Assembly (NCBI GenBank): GCA_050230475.1
Contig: JBFLGF010000090.1
Span: forward strand, 1 to 64,000
Length of the DNA: 64,000 nt
DNA from: Ancylonema sp.
Taxonomy: Eukaryota
Direction of reading: 5' to 3'
The notes beneath the pieces were generated by a model, which was given only the letters and a program-made list of their open reading frames with translations, was not told where the DNA came from and did not search any database. The translations under genes and the position numbers were made by a program. Each line of letters opens with the position of its first letter. The stretch's first letter is position 1. Shown here one piece after another: positions 10,419 through 22,635 of the stretch.

Positions 10419-13400
10419 TCAAAGCCTGGAGTTGAGCACGGCTTTGATTCGATCCGCCTCCGTTTGCACGTGCGAGCGTTTGATGTCGGCCACTTTGGTG
10501 CACCCCAGCAGCGCCATCCCCAGCTCCAACTCGTCCCTCAACATGCTCAACACTTTGCTCACACCTGCCTCGCCCGCCGAGGCCAACCCCCACACCACTG
10601 GGCGACCGATCTGGAAAAGGGGGGGGGGGAGGGGGAGGGTTATTCATCATTGTAGCCGAGGAAGGGGCGTTATTTGCAGTTTCCTTTGAGTTTCTCTGTG
10701 GGGGGGTTGGTGTCTCTTTTTTTTAAAAGTTGATGTTATTGTGGAGGTTGTGTAGTTAGTTGGTGAGGGGGAGGGGGGAATACTCGCGACGTGCAATCGA
10801 AACAAGTACACAGGATCACTGGACAGCAAATAGCAGTATAAAACAACCACATTCCTTCCACCTCAGACTCCCCCTCCCTCCCTTCCCCCTTCCCCCCCTG
10901 CCCACTCACAAAGATCCCGGTGGCTCCTAACGCCAACGCCTTGATGACATCTGTCCCTCTCCGAACCCCCCCATCCAGGAATACTGGGATCTTCTTGTCC
11001 ACAGCCAAAACCACCTGGGGGGAGAAGGGGGGGCGGGGGGGGAGAGAAGTTGAGGGTGCATACGGCAAATCACGATCTCGGAGAGACCCGTAGATATGCC
11101 TTTTCAAATAACTCCTCGGAGTTCCTACCTACTGCTGTACATAGTCTCTGCATACACCATAGCATCGTTACTACCCAGATCAGGCAGGGCAGCCTACAAG
11201 GATTCGAAACGTGTGTGGTTTGTTTAAAATGCTTTTGGGTTTCCCCTCCCTTGTAGTGTTCGGTACAGACCCCATACTAAAATACTCTACTGTAACCTGT
11301 CTAAAGGAATAGGGTCCGGGCCGGGAAAAGTTATTCCTTTAGACAGGTTACTCACTTATAAAGTCTAATGTATGGGTCCTAACAAATCCGGCTTCGGGAC
11401 CGGAATTTCGTATTCCTTTAGACAGGTTCCAGTGTACAGTCTCCGTACAGTACCTACACACTATAGACACACTCCAATTCCAAGGAGTGAGGGGCTGAGT
11501 TTGGGCCTCCACAGGTGTCTCCACTCCACTCCACCCTTTGACCCCATTGCATATCCATGTGGGGTGCACTGTTCCCCTCCCCCCTCACCTCCTCCAGTGC
11601 GGAGATGGTTGCTGACACATAGTCCAGCTGGCGTGCTCCGTGATTGGACACGATGATGCCGGCGGCGCCCACGTCAACGGCGATGCGAGCTGAAAGGGAG
11701 GAGGGAGGGGGGAGGGAGGAGGGAGTTAGTCTGGGGGGGGGGATCGCGGGGTTGGGCAGGGTGGGGGGGGGATGTGGGTAGGGGGCAGGGGGTTCGGAGG
11801 AGGGGTACAATCGAGTGCCTTTTCTCTCTTGGGTTTATATATTTCGTCCCCCTCCACCCCCCACCCCCCCCCTTATAACCCAGTGCCCCCCAGGCACATG
11901 TAGTGCTTGCACTCTGAGTCCATCCTTCCCCCCCCTTCCTCACCATCTTCTGCTGTGATGACCCCCTTGACAAAGATGGGCATGGAGGTGATGGTCTTCA
12001 GCCACGTTACATCCTGAAAAAGGAAGGGAACCACGGAAGGAAGGAATCACGAAAAAGGGGTAGACAGGAAAAATGAAGCGCGGTGAAGGGGTAGCCAATG
12101 ATTCTAGGGACCCTGCAGATACCCATGATTTCACGGGGGGACAGGTGCATATGACACCTGCCATAAACATGACTACATTCATGACACGTATATACACATA
12201 TGAGTGGCTGGATGGATCAAAGCAGCAAAATCAAACCCAAACAAACTCTCCACTGCAGTGGACCCCTCCCGACCCACGCCCCCTGTCCACTCAAACAAGA
12301 AGGGGACTTGTTTGCACAAAGAAAGCATGGTCAAGAAGGCTTTCGACAGACACAACTTCATCCCCCTCCCACCTTCCAGCTGAGTGACCTGTCAATCTGT
12401 CCCGCCACGTACGAAGCGAGACCAGAGTCGTCGGACTGCGCACCAAAGAGCCGCAGTGGACAGAGGATCAGGAGGGGAGGTAGGGAGGGGGACACAGCGG
12501 GAGGGGTGGTTCAGAAAAAAAAAGTTTCAACGCAAAGTACCAACCAGGAAAGTACTTCATTCCAAAGGACAACAGTGAACCAACGATACAGATCAGTACG
12601 AATTCAACCGCTAATGTTAACATAACAAAATAGGCAGGCAGGGCTTCAATACCCTTCACACCCTACTCTCCCAATCGCAACTCCCCCCGCCCCCGCCCCC
12701 CCCCCCCCTCACTTTCTCCATGTTCCCCAGGTCCAACCCCTCGAAGTTCTTCAGCGTCAAGTTGGGGGGCAACACGAATCTAGGCCCACAAAGGAAACCC
12801 AAAAACCCTAAACCTTCAGCACACCGCTCCCTCATCCGCCTTTCAAGACCCTTTTAACCTCAGAACCCCTAGCCGGCACTGCAGTCCAAAAGCCCCAGCC
12901 CCCCCCCACCTGTTCCGTATATCCGCCTCCCTTCTCCCCAACCGCGGTGTATCCACGGTGAGTGCGATTGCTTTGAACCCAGCCTTCTCCGCACGACGCA
13001 CAAGCTGCTCGACCACCTTACGGTTCTTGTAAACCTGGAGAGGAAACCAACCAACAAATCAACAAATCAACCGACCAACGTAGGAAAAGTTCTGAGGGTG
13101 AGGGGAAGAGGGATGCAAGAACGAGGGGAAGATTTAGGGAGGGGGTGGGGGGAGAAGTGCAGCAGTTTCAAACTCTTGCCATCCTTTGACATACGATTGT
13201 TTGACTTTTTGGGGTTTTCCTTTTTTTTTCTTCTTTGTTTTCCCCACATCTATTTCCAAACGCGTATGTTCTACGGCAATATCCGAGCCAGTGAGCTACT
13301 ACCCCCCCAACCGCCACAACAGGACACCAGCCCTCCCCTTCCAACACACGACCACCTCCTGCCACGTGTCCTTCCGCCCAGGCGTGTGTTACTGACATAT

Positions 13401-15302
13401 AGTTGGAAGAAGCGTAGTCCAGGCCCGGTAGAAGCGACCTCCTCCACGCTGCAGGTGGCCCAAGAAGACAGGGTCTGGAGGAAGACCAACCACCCAACCC
13501 CCAACCGCCCAGCCACAACAACACGATCCTCAACTCGAGTCAGGAAATCGATGTGGAAGGGCATCGGGATGAGACCACACTCTCTGGGGAGGGAGGTCGT
13601 CAAGACGTCGTGATGATGTCAGCATGACCTCCCACATCTACGTGCAGCTGTTCAGATTTCCGACGGTCCCGTTTTCCATCTGGTTCGATTCCACACCGGA
13701 ATCGGTTCGCCTAGAACGTTCTACTGGTTGACATGGAGGGACACGGGGCAGGTCTGCCTGAGTAACGAGACCGTAACCGTGACAGTAACCGTAACCGCTG
13801 TGATAAGCAATATCGCGACCGGCGGCGAACATCTGGGACGGATCGGGTTTCATGTGATTTGTTACGAATGTCCACTGTGCATTCCTCCTGGTGCTGACCT
13901 GGCAAACCACCACGACTTACCATAGCTGTGTTGGCGGCTGAAACCGCACGAGCCGTCGCCAGCTCCCCTGCACAACCGCCAACCGCCAACCGCCAACCAA
14001 TCAGGGGACAGGTTCCACTTGCCAGATTCTACCTGAACCGGCACATAACCGTTGACCGTACTCCACCCCTATTCATAGGGACATGCACCGCAGGCCCCAC
14101 ATCCTCGCCCATCGTCAGTTGACCGTAGTCTACAAGCTAACCGTTTCTTCTCGTTGTGAATCCCCACAGGCTACCTCATCCCCACCATACACGAAAGCGG
14201 CGAATCTCACCATCTGGATGCGCCATCTTCTGCATCGCCGTTGGCGCCACGAGAATCGGCATCGACAGACGGTAGCCCAACACGTGTGTCGTCAGATCCA
14301 CCTTGGAGACGTCGATCAGGATGCGGGGTCGCAATCTGAGGGAGTGGCGGGGTCGGGGGCGGGGACGGGGTAAGGAATGCTAAGGGTAAGCACCCCCGGC
14401 AGAAATGAGGGTGCATTGTAGGGTGGAGGAGCGGATAATGATGCACAATGATGACAGAATCCGCTGGTCCAGCCAACAGCTCAGATGTCTCCTAGGGGCA
14501 GATAGTGTACGCTATCTGCTAAACGCGGTAAATACATAACCTGTGTTTTGTATCCGCCCCGAGTAGAACCAGAACAAGTACCAAGACTAAAACCTTAACC
14601 AGAACAAAAAAACTGTCACTTCATTCTTCCACTGCCGCGGGCTGTTGGCGGGGATCCTATCTTGAAAATACTTCAAAGAACCGTGCCAGAATTTCTGTGT
14701 CAATATTTATCCTGGACACCAACAGCATTTTGATTGCCTTCTCCCACTTTCTTCATAGCTATTCAGAGCTGCCCCTTACCAACCGCACCAATCAACCCCT
14801 AATTATTGCTGGCGACATAACCCCTGTATTAGTGTAAATTAAGTATGTTTTGTGAGTATATCGTCTGGCCTTCGAGAACGCAGATTGATAGAGCGTGGTC
14901 ATACACCAGTGGAAATATAGGGTGCAGCTTTAATCGCACGCGATGGTAGAAATGCGACAAGGGAGCAATGCAGGGCGTAATTTGCACCGCCAATGCCTGA
15001 CGAGGATTAATTATAAAGGACCACTTCGACTACCGGAATACCAACAAGTTGTAGAAAATGATGAGCGCGTGAATAGGGAGTGAGTAGGGGCAATAACACC
15101 CGGCCTCTGCTGCTCCAATTGACTCTTACAGGAACCAAAACCCCTGCACTTACTGGATTCTCTCGAACGCGTTCCTGTTCTCAGCAAGCGTCCACTGGTC
15201 TTCGGCTCCCGAAGCATAATAGTCATAAGCCTGCTTTGTCAATTTAGTCTTCGCAATAGCCTCGAACTCGCTCACATTTACGACGTCCAAATTGGCAGAC
15301 AT
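10419..15302 (-). CDS. GOX: Peroxisomal glycolate oxidase ((S)-2-hydroxy-acid oxidase), 11 exons: 15154-15302, 14211-14335, 13921-13967, 13397-13474, 12910-13034, 12713-12779, 12373-12435, 11944-12013, 11589-11689, 10910-11014, 10419-10610
   Basis: Motifs [74 protein letters not shown] and [12 protein letters not shown]-terminal SRL* is a PTS1. All introns are GT-AG and keep frame. Confidence 0.97.
11288..11434. mobile_element. MITE, Tc1/mariner (pogo-like) type, copy 2, inside a GOX intron
   Basis: TIRs tactgtaacctgtctaaaggaata / tattcctttagacaggttccagtg followed by TA, with an internal repeat of the TIR motif. Similar to 6501-6674. Confidence 0.7.
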
Positions 15303-17903
15303 GGTGACGGTTATTTCCAAGTGCCTAGTGTGTCTGCTGTCTAGCGAGGTCACGGAGAGGGAGGCGAGGAGAGTAGATCGCGTCGCTACCCACTGTTGTG
15401 TGAATCGATTTTTTGTGCCGCCTGTATGTAGCGCCTCTCCAAGACGATGAAGGGGAGAAAGAGATACGTCGTCCTCCGACGTGCTCCCGTTCGGTGAATC
15501 AAAACGCGCCACTTGTCAAGCCCAGAAAGGACAGGCGAGTCATGATTTTGACCTTACCGGAACTGCCTTATCCATTTGTTGAATCGCACGCGCGGAAGAT
15601 GGTCCAGAATCTCTGAGAGAATCCGCCCAGGAACTGCCGGCACATTCATCGATCGCCGCTATCGTTCCATGTAACCCGTCAATAAAACGGTCCCTCATTT
15701 TGACGTCGGTACAATATAACGACATTTTTGTAGAACCCCAAGAGTATGACGACCCTCCATATAATCATGATATTTCCTATCAGAGCACAGCTTATGGGAA
15801 TGAAGATCTGTTTACTTTGGTTTGGGATACCCATAAGAGCAATCAAATCCCCTCCCAAATTTCACATGACACGTCAAATCGCAGCCGATGGGATCCCAAG
15901 TGATTTGTAAATGCAATTCGAAAATCTTCAAATTGATTTTCGTGAGGGCTTTAAACAAGAATCCTCACGTAAATCGTTCTATGATTTTTTATTACGAATT
16001 TGTAAGCCAATCACACGAGAGTATGCCATCCGAAATATGACTTTGTCCGTACGCCTTAGTTTAATTGCAATGCGTAATTGTAGCTTTTGCGACCAATAGG
16101 ACACGGCTATTCTCGTGAAGTATGTACAGCATCGATGCAACTTCTTGTTTGACGTTTTAGATACGGTACACCGTCCCGAAATGTATTCCTTACCACCCGA
16201 TACATTGCAAGCTAATGAATGATTATAGGACTTTGCTTCATCTTGATACACCGTAGCACGGAATTCAAGGTAGCGGTAGCTCCCATAAGCAGTACGAGGA
16301 GGTAAATCGTACAAATTCATTTATGTTAGGTTGGGAATTTCAAATACGGCTTACATTTGTAGTACAATGCTTCCAAACCACAGTCGACGAATACCCAGAC
16401 CCATTGACTATGCTATGGTTGCATGTCGTCACACGCACTATGACGACATTCAATGAGAGAAAAATGTATGGGATTGAGGATTTTGTTTGACATGTTTTGT
16501 ATACATTGTTTTTTCTTGCAAATGACGATATACGGGAAAATCGAAAAAATAATATTCCTCATGAACGACATTGTATTGACTTGATCAGTCTACAATCGAC
16601 GCATCTCCCACACATATCTCCGAAATAGATCATGCCTCTTGTGTCTTTTAAAGATTGTGTAATATGGTCGATCATATCAAAACAAAACAATGAATTCCAA
16701 TGATGTGTATGATTTTGCCTCTTCTCTCACTACATGACAAAGTTGGGTCGCAGACAATGTTTTCTTGGACATGTTCGGCATTTGTCTCGGACACCACTTG
16801 TCTCGGACAAATCCGGGGCCAAAAACAATAACAAGCAAGTAAAAAACAAAACAAAGAATATTGGGCGTAACACTTTTCATTGTTTTTTTTTTTTTGGCAA
16901 AGGTGTCCGGTTCTATGACGTGTCCCGGACGTGTCCGGGCCCGGACATGTCCCGGACAGGTCTAGAGATCCCCGGACATAACCTAATTATGGTAGTAATG
17001 CTAGTTACGCTAGTTATGCTAGTAATCATTTGAAACACTTATGTGGTTTCTCTTCATGACATGTGTTGGTGTGCCTTGCTTTACTTGAATAATGTACATG
17101 TACTCCTTGTTGTCCATTCTGTTTGTTGCATGTCTAAGAATTTATGTATGTACTTGCTTCATACGACTATTACACTAATCCGACTCTCTTCTTGAAGTTG
17201 TTGACCTATTTTGCTAGTTGACACACCGTACTGGCCACACATAATGACCCTCGAACAATTATGAAAAGGGTGGGTTGGGTTAAATTAAATACTTCATTTT
17301 TTGAAAAAAATGGGTAATTCTATAATGTGGGTCACCCTGTTACAATTATCTTCCAAGATTTTAGGAAATTTTCTAATGGGTGCGTGGGTTGGGTCAAGTG
17401 GTGGTTTCTTAGCTAAATTATATCATTTTCAAAAACCCGGGTCATTATGTATTGCCACTACAGGTATTCTGGTGTCATTACGCACTTGCATAGCTCATAG
17501 CACAACACACGTGCTAATTTGGATGATGATCACACGTAAAGGACACGTGTGACACAAGAGTACTTAATGGGGTACAATACGGCCTCGTCAAGTAGTACAC
17601 AATCTATTTCAAAGACCAACAATCCATGAACGTTGTGTAGTTACCAAATAAAGAAATTAGTATGCCACTTTGAATATCCTTTGGTGCATCTATGTACAAC
17701 ATCAAATCATTCTTCTTCCCACCAAGCTTATGGAACACAATGGGACACAAAGCACTCAAATGCAAACTACAGTAGAAATAAGCAGAGTTAAGTAGACATT
17801 TAGATTGTCCCAACACTTTACAACAACCCAGTCCTCTGATTTCGAGAGTGCCTTCTCTTGTCACCATACCACCCTCCCCCATGCTCCATTGATCCTTGAG
17901 TAA

Positions 17904-20900
17904 TTAATTTTCGGAGTCGGTGCGCTGCATTTGTCGGGGGACGGGGTTCCGCTCCAAAAGCGTGGGAATGTAGCAAACACTGGATGCCATTTCGATTCGT
18001 AGTCTTGGGTCGTACATGTTCTCGTCCCGAAGCGTGTCTAAGATGGCAGAGGCTTCACTTTCTCTGGAAATCAAAGAGGCACGCGATCAGACCGTTGGTG
18101 ATGGATAATAAACCAAATCAGGTCGTTTTTTTTCCTCTTTTCGAATAGAGTCCAATGGAATCGAATTCAATCGAAACGAGATTCTATGAAATGGATGTGT
18201 GAGGCTACAGGTGCTTGAGGCTACTGCATGACATCAGATAGCGTGGTTCCAAAAGAATGTGACATCATAGTCAAGTATCCAGGTTGGTACGGAATCGAGA
18301 GGGAACTCGTTTCGTTGTGCACCTTGTGTGCAGTATTTTGTGCAGAGTTTGCAGGATGGGGCACAGCTCACTGGGCGGCACCGGTTTCAGAGTCTCCGGG
18401 TGGGGGACGGCAAACATGGGCAGACTCAGAAGGGTGTAGAAGGCAGACACAGCGGAAACACCCTGAACAAAACATGAGTAAACGGGGGTTGGGGGGGGGG
18501 GGGGGGCGTAAGAAAGAAGAAGTAGAATGAAAAAAACTTTGTCGTCTGTGTCATTGTCGCCCCCGCACTCCTTGATGACTTCCGCACGTCATTTGCACGA
18601 GCGGGGTAAACACGACTTAAAACCACCCAGAACCCACCAAAGAAAACCAAAAAACGCCAGGGCATGACTGCACCGTACGGAACACAAACGTCCAGAACAC
18701 AACTATCACCTCCATATACGTCCCACCTCTCATCTGTGGGATCCCAAACGATCCTCTACCCCCTGGCCACCTGAGCATGTGCCTATGTGTCTGCATGTGT
18801 GCCTGCCTGCCTTCTCACCTGTATGACCCCCTTCCCCGGCACGCTGTCCCCCATGTCTGGCGTCAGCTTCCCAGTGGCCAGCTGTTCCCCGTACCAGCTG
18901 TTGCGCCCCTTGAGCAGGGTGACGTACGTGTCCGCTAGGAGGGGACCCGCCAGCGCCTCCGGCTCCTTTGCCAGCAGGTGCGTGATGAATATCATTTCGC
19001 TTGTGGCGTGCGCAAAGTAGACAGACTTGGAGGTGGCGCTGTCGGCTGTGAGACCTGCGACCAGGCCTGGGGGGGGGGGGAGGGGAGAGGGGGGAGGGAG
19101 ATGGGGGGAATGGGCCGGGGAGGGTTGTTGTGTGGATTTTACATGATTTATGTACGTCTGTAAGTAGGCATACATGTTTATATACAACCATACAAATATG
19201 TGTAGATATAAGTATGTACATGCATACGTATGTGTATACATGTATTTTGATATTTGTGTGCATATGTATTTTGATATTTGTATGCATACATGTATATTTA
19301 AATATACACATGTACATATGTATATGAGTTTGTATGTATATATGCATGTGTATGAATACCGCTGGTTGACATGCATAGTTGGCAATGATTGAGGGACTGA
19401 ATACCACATCCTTACACATAAAATGTCACTCATTTTAAGTTGAAAGTCAGGGAGGCATTCATAGGAATGGTTCTAGATCGAATAAACCCTGGCATCAACT
19501 AGCGAGTCTGCATCACGTTTCCGTCTTATGCCCCCGGTTTTCCAACATACGCGGACTCATCTTCAGTGGCAGGCTAACAAAAAACAATCCACTGAAACGA
19601 TTCACAAGAACCGTGATCAACACGTTGAAAAGAGAAGAGCAGGAAAGGAGGAGGAGGACGACAAGGAGAAGGATGCGGGCCGTGGTGTGTCTCTCACCTG
19701 CTCCGATTGCGTACACGTTCTTGAGCCCCCCCATGACTTCGTGCGTGACCAGGTCCTCGTTATCCCAAACAATGAAGTGAGGCTGTCTCAGAAACGGCGC
19801 CAGCGCCTTCCTCCACTTCTCACTCCCACAGATCCTCGCGTTTGCGTACTCCTTGTTGTAGATCTCGGAGGCGATGTTGGGGCCGCCCAGGTACAGGATG
19901 TTCTCCAGGGAAACGCCAGCTGGCGGGACGGGGGTGGGGAGGAGGGAGGAGGGGAACGGGTTGGGGAAAAGAAGTGGGGTTTTGGAGGGTGAGGACGGGT
20001 TTGATGGGGGGGGAGGGGTGTGAGGATGATGATGTATCGGGTGATTGGATGACTGTTGCATCTTGGACGTTTGAAAGCATGCGGACATGAGAGGTGTCAG
20101 GCTCTGGACAGATGGCGAATATTTGCTTTCTCCGAGAGAGGAGCTCCAGGAATAGTGAGGCGAAAAGTAGGCTGGCAGACCTGCAAAAGCTGCGTTTATT
20201 TTTATTTGGTAGGTTGTTTGTTTTTTTTGTAGGTTTTTATTTATTTTTGAATTGTTTTGGTTTCCAGAAACACCAACTACATAACATTTCGGACTTAATC
20301 AAATTTCATCAAAAGCAGGCAGCGAATTACAGACAGTGAGTGTGACACGTGGCAGATTTGAGTCGACTCACTCGACTCGTGGATCATGAGCGTTGGCGTG
20401 ACGACATGAGGGGAAGGTTCCAGGGAAGCTTCCACTCCCTTGGCCAGTGAGATGATGACAGCTGGCGCTCGTCTCCGTTCCTGCCAATACTTCCCTATCT
20501 CTTCAAACACTTTGCGAGTTTCTGTTAAGGGGGGCGGGGGGGGAGAGGCCAAAAAAAAAAAAAAAAAAAAAAAAAAAGGGGGGAATGAGAGATGGGGGTA
20601 GCGGACTCGGAATCTCAGATTGGGTAGCATGGAAGAAACAAGTCGCCGACTCTCTTTCCTTTTACCAATCTCGATTATTAGCAAAGATGTGGAGCTATTT
20701 CTTGGCCTTGTTGATCCACTTACAGTGCCGTGCAGTGTGGATGGATCCGTGCTTTTTTTTCTTTTCTTTTTTGCCGAGCCTCACATTTGCCTAAGGAAAG
20801 TTTGAGGCGGACAAGTAATGCAGTTGCAGATTCCATGCATGTATAAAACAATACTCAGTAAAGGAAACAGAAAAGTAACAGAAAAGAAGACGAAGAAAAA

Positions 20901-22635
20901 TAATAAAAAACTACAAATAAAAAAAATGGGTTTTTTTTTGGGTTTTTTTAATGAAAGTAAAAAACCGGACGCAGATCGTTGCTTTTTTATATATCCCGAT
21001 CCCGAATATCCCGATATAATATCCCGATTTTCCATCCAATTCATCTACCCCTCCTCGTTATAACGAACCTGTGGACGGCAGTCCGTTGATGACAATGTCT
21101 GCATCCCAAATCGCTTCCTGAAGGTTTGTGACCACGTGCAGGGGACACAGAGGCGTGTTCACCATGTTCACACAGATGCCATCCCTGGAAAACCACACCC
21201 ACAGGGTACCCGATATACACTCAGGGTACCCGTTAGACACTCAGGGTACCCGATATACCATCAGTATACCCGTACCGGATCCCCGTACTACACTCAAGAC
21301 TAGGCACTTCGCAGTTTGGGGGCAAAGACTTGCGCAAAAAGGGATTGTCTGCCAGATGGATCCTGGCAGCGACCCTATCAAAGATGTTGCGACCGCATTC
21401 CCAGAGCTGCTTACAACGGGTTGCGCTGATTGGAAGTGTTTGGAACGGACTTTTATGTACCCACATATCCGCGGTATATCCGTTCACTGAAACATAATAT
21501 AATAACTGATACATAATCTACTGGCGTCTTGAGTTTGGTTCGTTTGTCCATATAAAAGTGCCAAATATGTATTTCAAATCAACAAGGAAAAAGTTCAGCT
21601 GCTTTTCAGATTTTTGTGTGTACTCCCGCAGACGTTGATCTCCAGGAGTTTTAGAAATAGACTGGAATCAGAACCATGAAATAAAGATGTAAATACAATG
21701 GGATTCAAAAGATTGTGCAGATGACATAATCCATTTGAAAATCAGATGAGGCAGTACTGCTTGCCAGCGGAGCGCCCCCTCCCCCCGCCCCCACCCCCAC
21801 CCCCGCGCCCCCCCATGATGTAGGCATTAAAATCTCCAACTTGAAATCAATCGAATGCCAGGAATCGCCCAGGAATAACGGGACGGAGCAGCCAAACGTA
21901 CCTTAACACCTCATCGGCGTACAGCGTTCTGTCCCCCAACCTCGCCTCCACATACTTCAAATAAGCGCATTTTCTGAGCAGGCGTCGGAGCATGTCCTCG
22001 TTTGAGTTTATGACTTGGAACAACTTCTGGGCAACTTCTTTATCCAGGGCTCGATTGGGTCTCCTCCAGATATTGATCGCGACTTTATCTTTATAACGAC
22101 CGTATGTGCTCTGGATGGGAGACACGACAGGCACCACAGTAGGACATCATGTGTTGCATTAGCACAACAGAGCGCAGCACTGGAATTGTTGTAAGAAGAC
22201 CATGTGAAGTCCCTATAGCAGTATTGGTACACACAAGCGCGGCGTGATCGCAATCGCAATCGCAATCGCTACACACACGCACCATTAGCGAATCTGTTGC
22301 AGCGTCAAATTGTTCAGACACAGAAGTGGACATCGGAATTCACGCTGACATTAGCATTAGCATTAACATAACCATTACCAGTCTACTGTAATAATCATAC
22401 AGCATACCTGAATCATTGCCACAAATACGCTGCCCCACGCTCCTGCCCCAACTCCCACAATTCTCAAAGGATCTCTATCTGCTTTTCCAAACACTTTCCT
22501 GAGTTCATCTAACCTCTCCTCCTCCCTCCCTGCGATCGACCTATCAGTAAGCAGGTGGATGTGATTTTTCGGTAGAGAGCGATGGTTTTCCTGGCCATTC
22601 ACAGGTTCTGTACTGGACACCACGTTCCCGTACAT
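17904..22635 (-). CDS. GPDHC1: Cytosolic NAD-dependent glycerol-3-phosphate dehydrogenase, 8 exons: 22408-22635, 21902-22110, 21069-21184, 20372-20521, 19698-19919, 18819-19066, 18323-18462, 17904-18063
   Basis: Motifs [77 protein letters not shown] and [14 protein letters not shown]. Colinear with the plant cytosolic GPDH family. Start codon is tentative. Confidence 0.95.
19141..19380. repeat. Degenerate TATG/TACA simple repeat in a GPDH intron
   Basis: Low-complexity tatgtatacatg array. A similar tract lies at about 26240-26420. Confidence 0.75.
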
